A DNA stretch of 64,000 bases, filler included, from Sanchytrium tribonematis (lineage: Eukaryota), in NCBI GenBank assembly GCA_018985235.1. It is 12 parts of 12 records of this genome, joined end to end, with 100 filler letters (N's around TTAATTAATTAA, not from the genome) between each part and the next. Parts side by side here need not be neighbours in the genome. Positions count along the whole stretch, not along the records: positions 42,063 to 45,796 come from JADGIG010000813.1; positions 45,897 to 49,627 come from JADGIG010000814.1; positions 49,728 to 53,456 come from JADGIG010000815.1; positions 53,557 to 57,270 come from JADGIG010000816.1; 8 more parts are not named here. One strand, given 5' to 3'. Positions 43,645 to 55,848 of this stretch are shown here, in pieces. Below the pieces are notes generated by a model. The model had not been told where the DNA came from and did not search any database. It worked only from the letters and a program-made list of their open reading frames with translations. The position numbers were made by a program, and so were the translations under genes. How positions within the stretch are numbered: the first letter of the stretch is position 1; every line of letters starts with the position of its first letter.

Positions 43645-44196
43645 ATGGAAAACTCCAAACTTACGGAAGAAAGCATTTTAAAATTAATAAAGCAATTAGA
43701 AAAGCCAACATTTAATGAGGAAGGCCTCCCATTTGTAGATATAATAGAAGAAATTAATGAGAACAATATAGATGTTGCGGATAAAGAAGAGGAAGTTGAA
43801 CCAGACTCTACATTCACAAAACCTATACCAATTATCGGAAACGTTGTTGAAAAAAACGCCGTTACAGATCATGACATTTTAAACTATTTAAAACAGCTAG
43901 AGCTTGAAGAAGAATTATCTGTCGATGAATATCCTGAATGGATGGAAAATGAAATATTTGGAGATGATGATACTGAAATGGAAACCGAAGATGATAACCC
44001 TGTTAATCAGTCACCCGTCAGGACAAAAGCTATCAGCGAAGAAGATAATTTGGGCAAAAAAGTGCGTTTTGCAGAAACCGATCAAGTTTTAGAATATGAT
44101 GTGGAAGAAGAATTTATTGATAAACCCACTAGAAAGGAGCTAGGAATCTCAAAATTTAAGGCTAGGCGCATGGGCATACTAGACGAAGAGGAATAA
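43645..44196 (+). CDS. Bud27/URI-like protein, apparently lacking the prefoldin domain
   Basis: NEEGLPFVDIIEE, acidic tract, KKVRFAE, C-terminal ISKFKARR URI-box-like motif. Confidence 0.6.
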   Translation: MENSKLTEESILKLIKQLEKPTFNEEGLPFVDIIEEINENNIDVADKEEEVEPDSTFTKPIPIIGNVVEKNAVTDHDILNYLKQLELEEELSVDEYPEWMENEIFGDDDTEMETEDDNPVNQSPVRTKAISEEDNLGKKVRFAETDQVLEYDVEEEFIDKPTRKELGISKFKARRMGILDEEE

Positions 44197-44198
44197 AT

Positions 44199-45780
44199 TT
44201 ATTTTTTAGATTTACGAGTTGAAATGTGCGATATAGATATATTAGGATCAAATCGAGCTGAAGTGTAGTCCACTGATAACCTGGACTTGAAGGAATTTAT
44301 CGTAACATCTAAACAGGATAATTCAGGAATTGTAATGCAGTCATTGTCACATTTTAGCCTCCAAGTGGCATCTAAACTTTCTTCAAGTATTGCCATTTCA
44401 TGAGCATATATTTCGCAATGCGCATATTTGGTAAGCAAATTAAAAAACAATCTACCAGTTTCTACATCCCTAGAATTGATACAATGTTTAATTGAAAAAA
44501 AGACGTCTTCAATTCGCAAATGGTCCTTAGTTAGTAAATTGTACCTCTGGATTGCTACAATGAAGGGCAATCGAAAAATGCTTAAGTGCATTAACAGAGT
44601 CATTTAAATTTTTGTATGCAATGCCCACATTATTTGCAAAATGTGGAGAGTTTTGCAAATTGAATGCAGATAAAGCGAATTTGAGCATTTCTTCGTAATG
44701 TTCCAAATATCCATGACATTCACTTAAGGCCAAATAAAATCGGGCATCGAAAGGTCGCTTTTCTACAAGTTTATCATAAAATTGAATAGCGCGACTATAA
44801 AATCTTGATTTTTCATTGAAGTATCCGAGAGCATAGAGAACCCGGTAGTCGTTTTCATCTATTCTATATGCAGTGTAATAGCATTCCAAAGCTTCGGATT
44901 TTTCATCGAAATTATAATACTCAAATCCCATAAGCAGATAAGGTAGTGGATCCTTTGGTTGCAGCCTCGAAGCCATTTGAAACATTTCTATACTTTTGGT
45001 ATGATTTTCATTCAAACTATAGTAATTTCCAAGAACAAGATAGCATTTGTAATCTTTTGGTAGTATTGAGATACGATCTACTAGATCAGACATTTCTTGG
45101 TATTCCAAACTCGCGAAGTACCGATGTGAAAATATATCGGCAAAATCCTTAAAGAACAGCGAATTTTTCACACCTTTGATATTTTCGTCGGTATGAATCT
45201 CAAGATTTTGATTTGCATAAAATGCTGCAGCCAAAGTTGAAACGTAAGAATTGCTTCGATAAGATTTTATAAAATCTTGAAGTCTCTCATATGGAACGTA
45301 AATTTGTCTCTTAGCTCCTAAGAAAAGTAAAGACAATGACTTCATAAAACATTCGAGGTCTTTTGTATAATTGTTAAAACTTTCCAGATCAGGAACAAAT
45401 GTAGCAAACAATCTCCAAATTAGGAAATTGGCGCGTCCACTTTGCCACAAGCAATTTGCCAGCAATGATAACCCTTCTTTTAAAGACCCACTTTCGATCA
45501 AAATTTTAGATCTTAGGTATATTATGTATGGATCATCCTTACAACATTTTACAAGAATTTCGCTCTGTGATAAAAGTTTGTCAGTCCACACCGACTGCTT
45601 TACCAAAGTAAGCATTGTGGAATTTAGTTCATATAAGCTGGTCAGGGAAAAGTAATGTTCCATAGATGTTTTGCAAGGCATTCGTAATAAAATTTGGTAT
45701 TTTTTGGACAAAAATAAAGACCTTCTTTCCGTGTAGGTTATAGTAAGGTTTGAAATAGGTTCTTTAATAAAAGTTGCCAT
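44199..45780 (-). CDS. CDC23: Anaphase-promoting complex subunit APC8/CDC23 (TPR), two exons (45780-44545, 44525-44199); may extend 5' past the contig end
   Basis: LGNYYSL..NHTKSIEMFQMASRL...LLMGFEY...DYRVLYALG...RPFDARF matches CDC23 TPRs. Confidence 0.85.
44526..44544 (-). other. 19-nt intron in CDC23 with a perfect TACTAAC branch box
   Basis: GTACAATTTACTAACTAAG, phase 0, joins ...SNPE|DHLRIED. Confidence 0.88.
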
Positions 45781-45897
45781 GACTTTTGCATCATCANNNN
45801 NNNNNNNNNNNNNNNNNNNNNNNNNNNNNNNNNNNNNNNNTTAATTAATTAANNNNNNNNNNNNNNNNNNNNNNNNNNNNNNNNNNNNNNNNNNNNA

Positions 45898-46056
45898 AAA
45901 GAGAATATGCAAAAAGAATTATTGAGTCAGATTTATAGGGATAGTGAAGCATTGAATTTATTGGAAGAATCTGCTGATGTGAGAGAACGTAGAGAGGAAT
46001 TAAAGAAAACATTGGGAGCATTGCGTAAAGCAGAGAAGATTGTGAATTCCGTATAA
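45898..46056 (+). CDS. Dynamin-family (Vps1-like) GTPase effector domain, 3' end only
   Basis: My translation KENMQKELLSQIYRDSEALNLLEESADVRERREELKKTLGALRKAEKIVNSV* matches the Vps1/Dnm1 GED terminus. Confidence 0.8.
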   Translation, partial: KENMQKELLSQIYRDSEALNLLEESADVRERREELKKTLGALRKAEKIVNSV

Positions 46057-46605
46057 TAAATTTGAATTTTATTTAATGGCAAACCGATATTGCAGCAACC
46101 GCTATTGCATTTTAAAAAGGTTCTTGGAAGGCATTCTGCTGGCAATGAGAAAAACCATGATTTTGGAGCTGCTAATATTGAAAATAAAAAGATCATGTTA
46201 TAAATGAGGGATTGGGTTCAATTTAAGTATTTTGAAATAATTGAATGAATTTCATTCTACCAATCACATTAATTTAACAGTGCAAAACTCAAAATTGTTA
46301 AAACCCAAGGAAAATAAATAAATAAAAAATGGCGAGTCAAATTAATTAACAAATCATCAATATATTCAAATAAATTATGCTATCTTTGAGTTTGATTTTG
46401 AATTACTAGTATTCAATACGATTCAATAAAGAGGAAAATTCCATACTAAAATTACGACTTATTTCAATCCAGAATATTTATTCAGTGCATTAGGAGACGT
46501 AACACAATAAAATTACAAACTATCCGAGATGATTCGTGTATTCTCAAGATTTTTTATTAAATGCAACAATCAATGTTTATTTTTTGACAATTTGAAACAT
46601 TTGGA

Positions 46606-48997
46606 ATGAAAAGTTATGATTTCTATATTCCAGAAAATTTTATCAGACATATATCAAAAAAAAAGAATAGTCCTAGTAACATTATTTGTGGTAGTCAGCG
46701 ACCAAATTTTGACAATTATAATTGGAAAGATGGACTCGAATTATTCCAAAAACAGATGGGGGTTTATTTTGAATATTTTGATATTCAAATAGACGATCAA
46801 TTTTACGCAAGTGTAGCAGTATTAGGACAGGCTATTAAATGGACTAATTTACAATGGTCTTACGAAGATAAGCAAAGGGTTGAAAATTATTGGGAAAGTA
46901 TCTGGAAAGGAATTGAAGATCAAAAAAAACCGGATGCCATCAAGTCACACATTAATGACAACTTTACTTCTACCACGATTCTGTCTCTTGAGATTCTTGA
47001 TCTTGCAATCAAGAAATGCGTCAATGACGGAAAGTATGACGCTTATTGTTTGGAAGGTTACTTGTTCAATGAAAACTATTTTACGTTAATTTATAATTAT
47101 AAGCTTGAACTTGTAGAAAACAAGATAATCACAAAATTTAAAAATCAAGGATCACATTCATTGGCTACAAATCGGAACACCTTAAAAGTCAATTTCGATG
47201 TAGATTATAAATTAATTTCAGGCAACAGTTGCAGTATATTTGAATGGAGTGATAATTCACCTGAAAAAGCTGACAAAATATTGAAATATTTAGATCAAAG
47301 AACGACGTTACTTTTGGTAAATAGTGTTCTGTCGTATAATATAGAAATAATATTGAGAGTCATCAAATTGGATTTAGAACTTTATTTTCATGATGTGTCG
47401 GGACTAAATACAGTAATTACGAAACTGGTGGCCATTGTGATTTTTAATCTGTTAAAGATTAACAAGGCTTCAGTGGCATATTTGCGATCATTTAAAGAAT
47501 TTGATTTCAAAAGTTCAAATTTTGATCACTTTTTAAACCAATTCGAGTGTTTTTGGTTCAATTTAGAGTGGAATACAGTTCAGCGTGGTAAGTTTAAAAA
47601 ATTAATATCAGGCTTTGGTATTTTGGATAGTTCATTCTACTATGAGGATTATGATGAAATTTTATTTCAAGGATGGAACATTGCCGATCAATTAATACAT
47701 GAACAGAGATTTAGCAGTATTAATCGCATATTTAGCACTTCTCAATTTAAAATATTTGAACTGTACTCTAATTTTTTGGAAATATTTGATGTAGGTTTAA
47801 GTAATTGGTACAAATGGTTTTTATTTTGCGTATTTCTCTTTACGAATAGTGAGAAGGCCGACTACCACAAAACTAGGACAAAAAGTATTTTTTATTAATG
47901 GAGTTCGTAACTTATTAAACTCGGTAATGATTTTTGGGTACACCTTGGATGTGCTTTTAAAATTAGAAAAGCTGAATTTAGAACTAACAGATGCTGCGAA
48001 AAAAATCGACAATTTAGTGTATCTCCAGAATGTATTTTTAAAAAAAAAGAAAACCAAATCATATTGGCGCTTAAAAAGAGATTATGTGGGTCTATTTTTT
48101 AAGATTCTCGTGATTATATTAACTGCATTATCAATAATAGGATTGACATTCATGATCAAGGACAAATTTGACGGTACAGAGCAAAAAGCTTTAATATTTG
48201 TTATGCCGCTTGTCACTACGATATTCCTATTTTGGCAATGTTTTCATGTTTGTTTTTACAGTTTTTGGAAAGAATTCAGCATAAAAACTGAGGATATTGA
48301 TTCTGATATAAGTCTCATACACCCTACTAATTTGATTTCCACTAGTACAATTAACATATATTTTCAAATGGGATTGAATGGTATTGAGTATGAAATGCGA
48401 CAAATTAGAATCGCAAATATCAAAGTAAAACACAAACATTATGTCTACATAGATCATGATGAGCAGTTCCAATATGTGTCTATAGCCTATATTATATTGT
48501 TGGTATATTCCGCCATCTCTTTCGCAAATCTTTGTGGCGGTGATTTGCCCCAAACTTTCAAACCAAACGTCACAGACGACTATGCAGATTGGAATAAGAC
48601 AATCACAAGTAACTATCCTGTCGACAAACAATATCTCTTATTTGACAAATCATGTCATTACTATCTTAATATTCCTAATTCGAATTATTCCCAGCAATCT
48701 GAATCTGTTGAAAGAATGAAAAACATGGCTTTCACAATTGGCTTTCTTTCACCCCTGGCAGTATCTAATAATCTTATTGCTTCTGTAAGTATTTTGGCTG
48801 CATTTGCGTCATATTTTTATTGGCACCAGGAAAAATCAAACTCAAACAAATTCAGAACAAAATTCAAGAAAATGTCGGAACTCATTGAAAGCGGATTAGA
48901 AACAGACGAATGCATTAAGATGGTGCTTATTTTAATACTGGAAGACAAATTATTTCCAAGCAATAGTTTTTCACTTTACAATGGTAGAAAGGGATAA
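46606..48997 (+). CDS. Orphan ~790-aa protein with C-terminal TM helices, probably two exons (46606-47884, 47904-48997)
   Basis: Two long ORFs joined in frame by a 19-nt candidate intron; degenerate coding-like sequence continues to about 49296. Confidence 0.55.
47885..47903 (+). other. 19-nt candidate intron with a GAG acceptor
   Basis: GTATTTTTTATTAATGGAG; ATTAAT box with A at -6; phase 1 gives ...TK-I-RNLLN. Confidence 0.6.
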
Positions 48998-49727
48998 TTT
49001 AAATTTGATGTTGAAGTTAAATTGGCAAATTTAGTTGATGCCGGCTTTATTTGCTACTGCCACAAAGGTCAGTACTATTTCTACTATAAAGCAAAATCAT
49101 TTTGGTAAAATACAAGAAACCTGCTTTATTCATTGTTGAAAGTAATGAAGAATTTTTTAGGGACTTGAGTTATTGTATGTCAAATATAATTCCTCTACAT
49201 TTGTCTCAAGTTAAAGTATCACTGGGAAAAATCAGAGAAGAATCAACGACTCCACAAATAGTGGACGCAATTTCATTGTCAGACTTAAGTGAATAAATTA
49301 ATTTTTTTAATAAAAAAAGCTAAATAAGGAGTACCACGGCATCCCAAATATGGATTAATCGAGTCAATAATTAAAAAGAATTTCTTTGCATTCAATTTGC
49401 TCATCATGTCTCCATCATATTTATGAAGCTTTAAAATATATGCATGGTCCAATTGAATCATCTTGTCATATCTTATGATTTTGAAATTGAATTTATTCAG
49501 GAACTGGATACCAAGAATCTCCTTCCATTCTTAAATAATGCGTGGATTTGTTAGCTAATGGCTCACAATACGCATATGCAGAATCAAAGCAATCATTTGG
49601 GTTTGAATTGCAATATTTGCTAGTGTANNNNNNNNNNNNNNNNNNNNNNNNNNNNNNNNNNNNNNNNNNNNTTAATTAATTAANNNNNNNNNNNNNNNNN
49701 NNNNNNNNNNNNNNNNNNNNNNNNNNN

Positions 49728-50667
49728 GCTCCATTTGAATGATTTTTTAGGATCGCATATTGAAAACTCATTCTTGGACAAACAAAGTATAATATTCACA
49801 TCAGAACAAGTGGAAGAAGAGGATTTGATTAAAGACAACTCAATCGAGTTTGATGGAAACATTGTACAACCTAAGGATTATCAATCTAAGTTTCTCAATG
49901 ACTACGACAAGAAACCGCGACTTATAGAGCCAAAAGAAGTTGCAAAATATTCAGATTATTTATTACCATTTATGGAACAACAAATAGTGAAGGAAAATTT
50001 AATTACTGAAAAGTTCGATTTCGAAAACGTGATTGATGTGGCTCACAAAATAGTTGAAAGAGCAGATTTTTTTAAAGGGTTTTGCTTGACAAGCATTTGT
50101 AGTTCCATTAAATATGAAAAATTGCTTCAAAAACTAGTGGATGAAGAATTTTCCAACTCCAGCATTGTAATATATTCAGATTCAAATATTTTTCAGCAAT
50201 TAGAATTCACATTACAGTACAAGTCCACTTTGGTTGCAATGCCTAGTCTCATGATAAATTCTTCGAAATCTTTTGAAAACTACAAATCATTCGAAAAAAC
50301 GGCTTTTCTTTCAATGCCCATAATAGCTTCCCTATTCAAGTCTTCGCCGCGGGATATTGTTCAGGAAGTTCCAGGTCTGTCTAACATTGCATTTTCGACA
50401 TATATGGATATGATTGACCAAAAAGTAGAGTATTCCGGAGTTAGTTGCGGAATCCCGATATATAACAAAATATACGATAGCTCTACGTTCCCAGTGACTT
50501 ATGGATTTCCTCATTGGTTCAAATCTTTCAAAGTGCCATATTCTGCAAAGCTAAGTCACGATACTGGTTTAGGAGATTATGCCAAGCAATGTTTACCAGA
50601 TTTGAAAAGTGACACTAAAGAATTAGCATTTGACATCATGGATAGATACCAGATTTCTGAAGAGTAA
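49728..50667 (+). CDS. Misato/DML1 tubulin-like protein, 5'-truncated
   Basis: YSDYLLPF, VERADFFKGF (Misato EECD..QGF), FPVTYGFPHWF. Confidence 0.6.
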
Positions 50668-50668
50668 A

Positions 50669-50953
50669 TTAATCGTATTGTATATTAAATGGTCTTAGCC
50701 ATTTTTTAATATTGCTTTCATCTGTTACCAACGAACAAGGATGAATATAATAATATGGAAGGCTCAATGTCGGATGCATCTCCAACGAAATTTTATACGG
50801 GTACCAGGAAAGATCAATTTTAGCATAAGGCAGAAAGTAAATCACATCAATATCATAGACAACTGATTTTAAAAGATGGAATTCAATATCAACATTTTCA
50901 AAATTAATAATAGCTTCCTTGTACTCTTTCCTGTCGATCCACTCAAATAGCAT
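50669..50953 (-). CDS. ATG10: Autophagy E2-like enzyme ATG10, minimal
   Basis: FHLLKSVVYDIDVIYF and ISLEMHPTLSLPYYYIHPC with the catalytic HPC. Confidence 0.72.
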   Translation of the reverse strand: MLFEWIDRKEYKEAIINFENVDIEFHLLKSVVYDIDVIYFLPYAKIDLSWYPYKISLEMHPTLSLPYYYIHPCSLVTDESNIKKWLRPFNIQYD

Positions 50954-50999
50954 GTAAACAACGTCAAGGAGTTAAATCATATGTTTTATTTTGTTAATT

Positions 51000-51464
51000 T
51001 TAACTTTGAATCGAACTAGCTATTTTATTTTTATTGCGACTTTGCTCTAATCGATCCAAATATTGAGTGTAACTTCTGCTGCAATAAAAAACGCACCCAT
51101 TGAAAGCTACAACGCAAGAAGTAATAAATGCAGTTGCCCAGACAAATTCTCTATCTGGGATAAATGTATTTTTATCTACTCCTGACCTTCTAATCAAAAG
51201 CAAAGACAAGCAGAATATTAACGTCAATATAGAGAAAAAAGTATTGACAATATATGCAGAGTGCAGTAGTCTGGAATTGCCCTTGTAAATCCCACGCAAA
51301 GCAAATGGAGCTATCAGACCATTCAAAAGGGCAGTTGGTAATTTTAAAATCCACGCAAAGACGATACTGGCAAGTATGGATATTGAATATAATGCAACTA
51401 GAAGTATTTTCAAGTCAACGTGTCCACAAATGACTGGTCTTGTCAAAGCTTTATTCTCGCTCAT
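51000..51464 (-). CDS. 4-TM hypothetical membrane protein
   Basis: Four hydrophobic helices. Confidence 0.55.
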   Translation of the reverse strand: MSENKALTRPVICGHVDLKILLVALYSISILASIVFAWILKLPTALLNGLIAPFALRGIYKGNSRLLHSAYIVNTFFSILTLIFCLSLLLIRRSGVDKNTFIPDREFVWATAFITSCVVAFNGCVFYCSRSYTQYLDRLEQSRNKNKIASSIQS

Positions 51465-51510
51465 TTTTCAATTGTAAAAGTGGCTGTGGCAAGAAAGACA
51501 TATTTTAAAT

Positions 51511-52020
51511 TTATTGGACCCATGTTTCCAGCTTTCCATTTTTGTACAACAAGGCTGCCGTCTGAGTTAAAAAAGACACGATCAATGTTGTAGTGATGGT
51601 TTGGATTGATTGAAATGCAAACATTCGCATTTGAAGATCTGAGGTCTTTTCTTTATCAGTTTCATATTGAAAAACATTGTACTTATTAAGCAATTCATTA
51701 TATATTTCGTTTACCATTAATATACAAATAGCCATACTAGAACTCTGAAAAATCTTGTAAAAAATATTAAATCGGACCATTCTCAGCGTCCAAAATTTCC
51801 TCTGAAGTCTAAAATAAACAGCTCTTATAATTATGGATAATACACAGAAAAACAAAAGTATAGTCAGAATTGTGCGCATTGGTGTCAAATAGGAAAAATG
51901 TCTAGATTTAATGTAGCCTCTGACCAGTCCTGATTCAGCATTCATGATGCTAACATAGGCAGATAGCGCTGAGAGATCCAATAATGTGGAAAGGTCTAAA
52001 ATAGATGATATCAAAATCAT
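51511..52020 (-). CDS. 4-TM hypothetical membrane protein
   Basis: Four hydrophobic helices. Confidence 0.5.
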   Translation of the reverse strand: MILISSILDLSTLLDLSALSAYVSIMNAESGLVRGYIKSRHFSYLTPMRTILTILLFFCVLSIIIRAVYFRLQRKFWTLRMVRFNIFYKIFQSSSMAICILMVNEIYNELLNKYNVFQYETDKEKTSDLQMRMFAFQSIQTITTTLIVSFLTQTAALLYKNGKLETWVQ

Positions 52021-52188
52021 TTGATTTTTATGTTTTAAAATTATTCAACGTATGGATTGAAGAGACTTTGATTAAGTAATTAAGTGTTTTCCTCAAAAGA
52101 ATGCATAATTAAGCAATTCCAATCTAGGATGAAAATTCTAGAATAATTTCAAATTAATAAAATAATTTAGGGGTTAGATTCGGAGAAA

Positions 52189-53310
52189 ATGACAAAAATC
52201 GAAAACACTCAATGCTACTTTGACATTTCTATTGAGGGTAAAAATGAAGGAAGAATACTTATGGAGCTATATACTGATGTAGCTCCTAAGACTTGTGAGA
52301 ATTTTAGAGCGCTTTGTACGGGAGAAAAAAGCACTGTTGAACAAAAGCTTCATTACGAAGGAAGTATCTTTCACAGAGTAATTCCACAATTCATGCTTCA
52401 AGGCGGTGATTTCACAAGATCTGATGGAACAGGAGGACTAAGCATTTATGGTGAAAAATTTGAGGATGAGACTTTTGAGTTGAAGCACGATAAGCCATTT
52501 TTACTTAGCATGGCAAATGCTGGCGCAAATACAAATGGTAGCCAATTTTTTATCACTACTGTACCGACACCACATTTGGATAATAAGCACGTTGTATTCG
52601 GAAAGGTCTTGAAGGGTAAAAATATTGTTCGAAAAATTGAACATTTAGAGACTGGAGAAAATGACCGCCCAGTTTTTGAGGTTAAGATTGTTAGCTGTGG
52701 AGTTATTCGATCAGGTGAACCTGATGGGTGTGATCAATTTGTGGATGCAAAAGACCCTGTGGAGGATTATCCAGAGGATTCAGATAAATATCCGTTCACT
52801 GATGGAAGCGTTGCATTAAAAATCGCTACGGATCTGAAAGTTCTTGGCAATGAATATTTTAAATCTGGAGACTTAAACAATGCCGTAACTAAGTATGAAA
52901 AATCGCTACGTTATCTGCAAGAATGCGAAAATGAGTCATTTGATGAACCTGGTAAAACTGATTTTAAAATATCAGTATTATCTTTAAAACTGTCTTTGTT
53001 TTTAAATTCATCTTTGATGTACTTTAAATTATCCAATCCCCAGAAAGTGGTGTCATTTGCTGAAAAAGCTATCAGTCTTTTGGAATCAAACGAGGCCATG
53101 GAAAATAAAGACATGGCAAAATCAAAGTACCGTTTGGCACAGGGTTTGATCATGCTGAAGCAATATGAAGAAGCGTTAAAAGTTTTACAAGCTGCTAATA
53201 GGTTGGAACCAAAGGATGGTGCAATTCTTAAAGACCTCAAGTCATGTCAAGAATCTATTAAAGCCGCTAATGAAAGAGAAAAGAAGACTTATTCAAAAAT
53301 GTTTGGTTGA
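52189..53310 (+). CDS. CPR6: Cyclophilin-40 (PPIase + TPR), Cpr6/PPID
   Basis: [47 protein letters not shown]; TPRs; ends YSKMFG. Confidence 0.95.
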   Translation: MTKIENTQCYFDISIEGKNEGRILMELYTDVAPKTCENFRALCTGEKSTVEQKLHYEGSIFHRVIPQFMLQGGDFTRSDGTGGLSIYGEKFEDETFELKHDKPFLLSMANAGANTNGSQFFITTVPTPHLDNKHVVFGKVLKGKNIVRKIEHLETGENDRPVFEVKIVSCGVIRSGEPDGCDQFVDAKDPVEDYPEDSDKYPFTDGSVALKIATDLKVLGNEYFKSGDLNNAVTKYEKSLRYLQECENESFDEPGKTDFKISVLSLKLSLFLNSSLMYFKLSNPQKVVSFAEKAISLLESNEAMENKDMAKSKYRLAQGLIMLKQYEEALKVLQAANRLEPKDGAILKDLKSCQESIKAANEREKKTYSKMFG

Positions 53311-53556
53311 TTTTAAATAAATCTATTTCTTTCTGAATTGAACTTAAGAATTTATGAGCAAGATTTAATGTTCAATTAAACCTTTCACTTGTTATTTTGC
53401 AATTTTTGAAACACAATCTATGGCAACGAAAGCGTCTCTGACAGCCACACAAGATGNNNNNNNNNNNNNNNNNNNNNNNNNNNNNNNNNNNNNNNNNNNN
53501 TTAATTAATTAANNNNNNNNNNNNNNNNNNNNNNNNNNNNNNNNNNNNNNNNNNNN

Positions 53557-55848
53557 TGGAAAAAGAACAACGAAATAACCGAAGAGATTCTAGACCAAGC
53601 AGCGGAAGAGGAATTTCAGGTTGACAAAATTATTGGCCATAGAGTGGAAGTGAACGATGGCAAGGCTTTTATTATGTACAATGTGAAATGGCTGTCTTTT
53701 CCTCAGCCAAGTGAAGAACCAGAAGCAAATGAGACTATTTCTGACTTTTTGGAGGAATATTATGCTCAGCGAAATATTAGTGCAGAGGATTTTAAGAAGA
53801 AAGTCTTTATGGATGTCTTCATGGATGTTGTACCTGGTTATAAATTATTGCTTGAGAAAACTACTTCTTTAAGAGTTCCGGTTGTATCGTTTAAATGCAG
53901 GTGGAAGCAAAGTAGTAATTTCGTTGTAACGAATGAAACAAATCGCACTTTAACTACGAAATGCATAAGAGAAATCGTGGAAAATACCCTTGGCTTTACA
54001 TTTGTAGAAAAAATGTATGAGCTACTACAACATGAAATTTCTGTCATTTTGCGTCACAAGAATCTTAATTCTCGAAAGCTAGAATTCACCGTAAAGATGA
54101 CTTCCCAAAAGGCACCAGTTGTGCTGTCTGAGAAATATGTTATACACACAACCGCTCTCGAAAAATATTTAGCTGATAAGAAATTAGATAAAATTGAAGA
54201 TTTGAAAATTAAAGAAGTATCTTCGACCTTAAAGGAGTCAAATAAAAGAAAAATATTGGGAAGCGAGAGTCGCAATTTTAAGAGGCCAAAACAAGAAGAG
54301 GATATAGAAATGCAGGAGCTAATTTCAAACTTCAAAATCAATAAGTCTGTTCCACAAAATTCAAAATCGGAATCCCAGACAGCTCATATTCAAGCAAATC
54401 TAATCCCGCCAGATAACATTAAATTGTCCTCAAAAGTCGAGCTTAATGAATCTATTTTGAAAAAGAGAAATGTAGAATTTTCAATATCAAAAGAAGTGAA
54501 AGAGGAGAAGCCGTCAATGGCTCAAATTCAAAAATCAAATGCTAATTTAGAACCTTCAGATTTGTTTTTAAAAGATTCAAAGTCTCAAGTGGAAAACAAA
54601 GAAGAGAAACTTTGGCGAGACTGCGGGTCGAAAGATTTTGCTCAGCTTTTGGCTTGTATAAAGATGCCGAATATATTGGGGAATGACAATTTGTCACAAT
54701 CAAGCTATAGTAGGCGCTATAGAAAAGTTCTTAAAACCAGCTATTCTCAAATTATTCCTTTTTTGGTTCAGACCACATATAGCGGAATGCAACGACTAAA
54801 ACGCCACGCAGATAAAAGTAGCATATTGGTATTGAGTTTTGATTATATGGTCGAAAAACCAGTCTTTCTTAACTTGATGTCAGAATACAAAAATAATTTG
54901 CTATTTTTCAAGTTGAAGGAGATGAATGCTGTAGGTCCTGATACTTTAGATTCTCTTATTTATGACAATTACGTTGCTGTAGATTCATTTCAAAGTAAAA
55001 CTTCCTTTACATTCCATGTTAAATTGGAAACAATTAAGTCTGTTGACACTGTGTACCAGAAAGTCCCACTAGAATGGCGCAATGATAAGACCATTTTTAT
55101 TTACTTAATGCTCTCCTTTAATGACAATGGCTCCAAATTTAAAGATTTATTTAGTTTAATGGGAAACAGCTTCAAACAAAAAAGTTCATCTCCAAAACTT
55201 ATTAAAATCGTCAACGAATTAGATTTAGAAGACCAAAAAGATATTTTGGAAAATGTTTTTTTTGACAACTTATTAGACAAATTGGGAATTTATGAGAATG
55301 TTTTTGTATACGGCTGTACATTTGAATCTATACAAATCTCACAATTGCTACGTGAAAATGAAATAGAATTGTCTGATGAATCTGTTGATAAAGCTTCAAC
55401 TGCGGTGGTGATTAATCACACTGAAAAGATTGAATTGTTGAAGCAGTCGAAATTTAGGCTTGCCAAAAATGTTTTTTCCTACAGATTAGAACGAACAGGT
55501 TTCAAATTGGAGCGATTAAACTCAAATCCGTTGATTTACATAGAATCTGAGTTTTTGATTTCAAAAACTGAAAGTGCGCTACAATTCATTGAAGCTAATC
55601 CACAATGTCAATTTCTAGCTTTCCATAGAACAATTCTCAAGTTGACCAAAAAACAGAAAGAAAAAGTAATGCTATTATGCTTTGAAGAAAAAATCCATCG
55701 TATTTTTAAAGATGACAATCTCCTACAGGTGCTAGAATATTTTTTAGAAAATACGTATACTAATTTAAGTGTCTTGGGCGAATCAGACACATTTTTACAA
55801 AATGATATAGCAAAATATCAAAATATTATGTTTATTCGTACAATCTAG
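53557..55848 (+). CDS. Chromodomain protein, 5'-truncated (possibly Chp1-like)
   Basis: Frame open from the contig edge: EEEFQVDKIIGHR...YNVKWLSFPQPSEEPEAN chromodomain followed by a long C-terminal region. Confidence 0.65.
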   Translation, partial: WKKNNEITEEILDQAAEEEFQVDKIIGHRVEVNDGKAFIMYNVKWLSFPQPSEEPEANETISDFLEEYYAQRNISAEDFKKKVFMDVFMDVVPGYKLLLEKTTSLRVPVVSFKCRWKQSSNFVVTNETNRTLTTKCIREIVENTLGFTFVEKMYELLQHEISVILRHKNLNSRKLEFTVKMTSQKAPVVLSEKYVIHTTALEKYLADKKLDKIEDLKIKEVSSTLKESNKRKILGSESRNFKRPKQEEDIEMQELISNFKINKSVPQNSKSESQTAHIQANLIPPDNIKLSSKVELNESILKKRNVEFSISKEVKEEKPSMAQIQKSNANLEPSDLFLKDSKSQVENKEEKLWRDCGSKDFAQLLACIKMPNILGNDNLSQSSYSRRYRKVLKTSYSQIIPFLVQTTYSGMQRLKRHADKSSILVLSFDYMVEKPVFLNLMSEYKNNLLFFKLKEMNAVGPDTLDSLIYDNYVAVDSFQSKTSFTFHVKLETIKSVDTVYQKVPLEWRNDKTIFIYLMLSFNDNGSKFKDLFSLMGNSFKQKSSSPKLIKIVNELDLEDQKDILENVFFDNLLDKLGIYENVFVYGCTFESIQISQLLRENEIELSDESVDKASTAVVINHTEKIELLKQSKFRLAKNVFSYRLERTGFKLERLNSNPLIYIESEFLISKTESALQFIEANPQCQFLAFHRTILKLTKKQKEKVMLLCFEEKIHRIFKDDNLLQVLEYFLENTYTNLSVLGESDTFLQNDIAKYQNIMFIRTI

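Noticed and set aside
45933..46196. Small secreted Cys-rich peptide (MIFLFSILAA...CNSGCC)
   Set aside because: Its 3' half is antisense to the dynamin GED coding end; cannot be supported without expression data
47830..47849. Alternative 20-nt GT-AG segment GTATTTCTCTTTACGAATAG
   Set aside because: Removal creates an immediate TGA and the A(-6)/T(-8) register is not met
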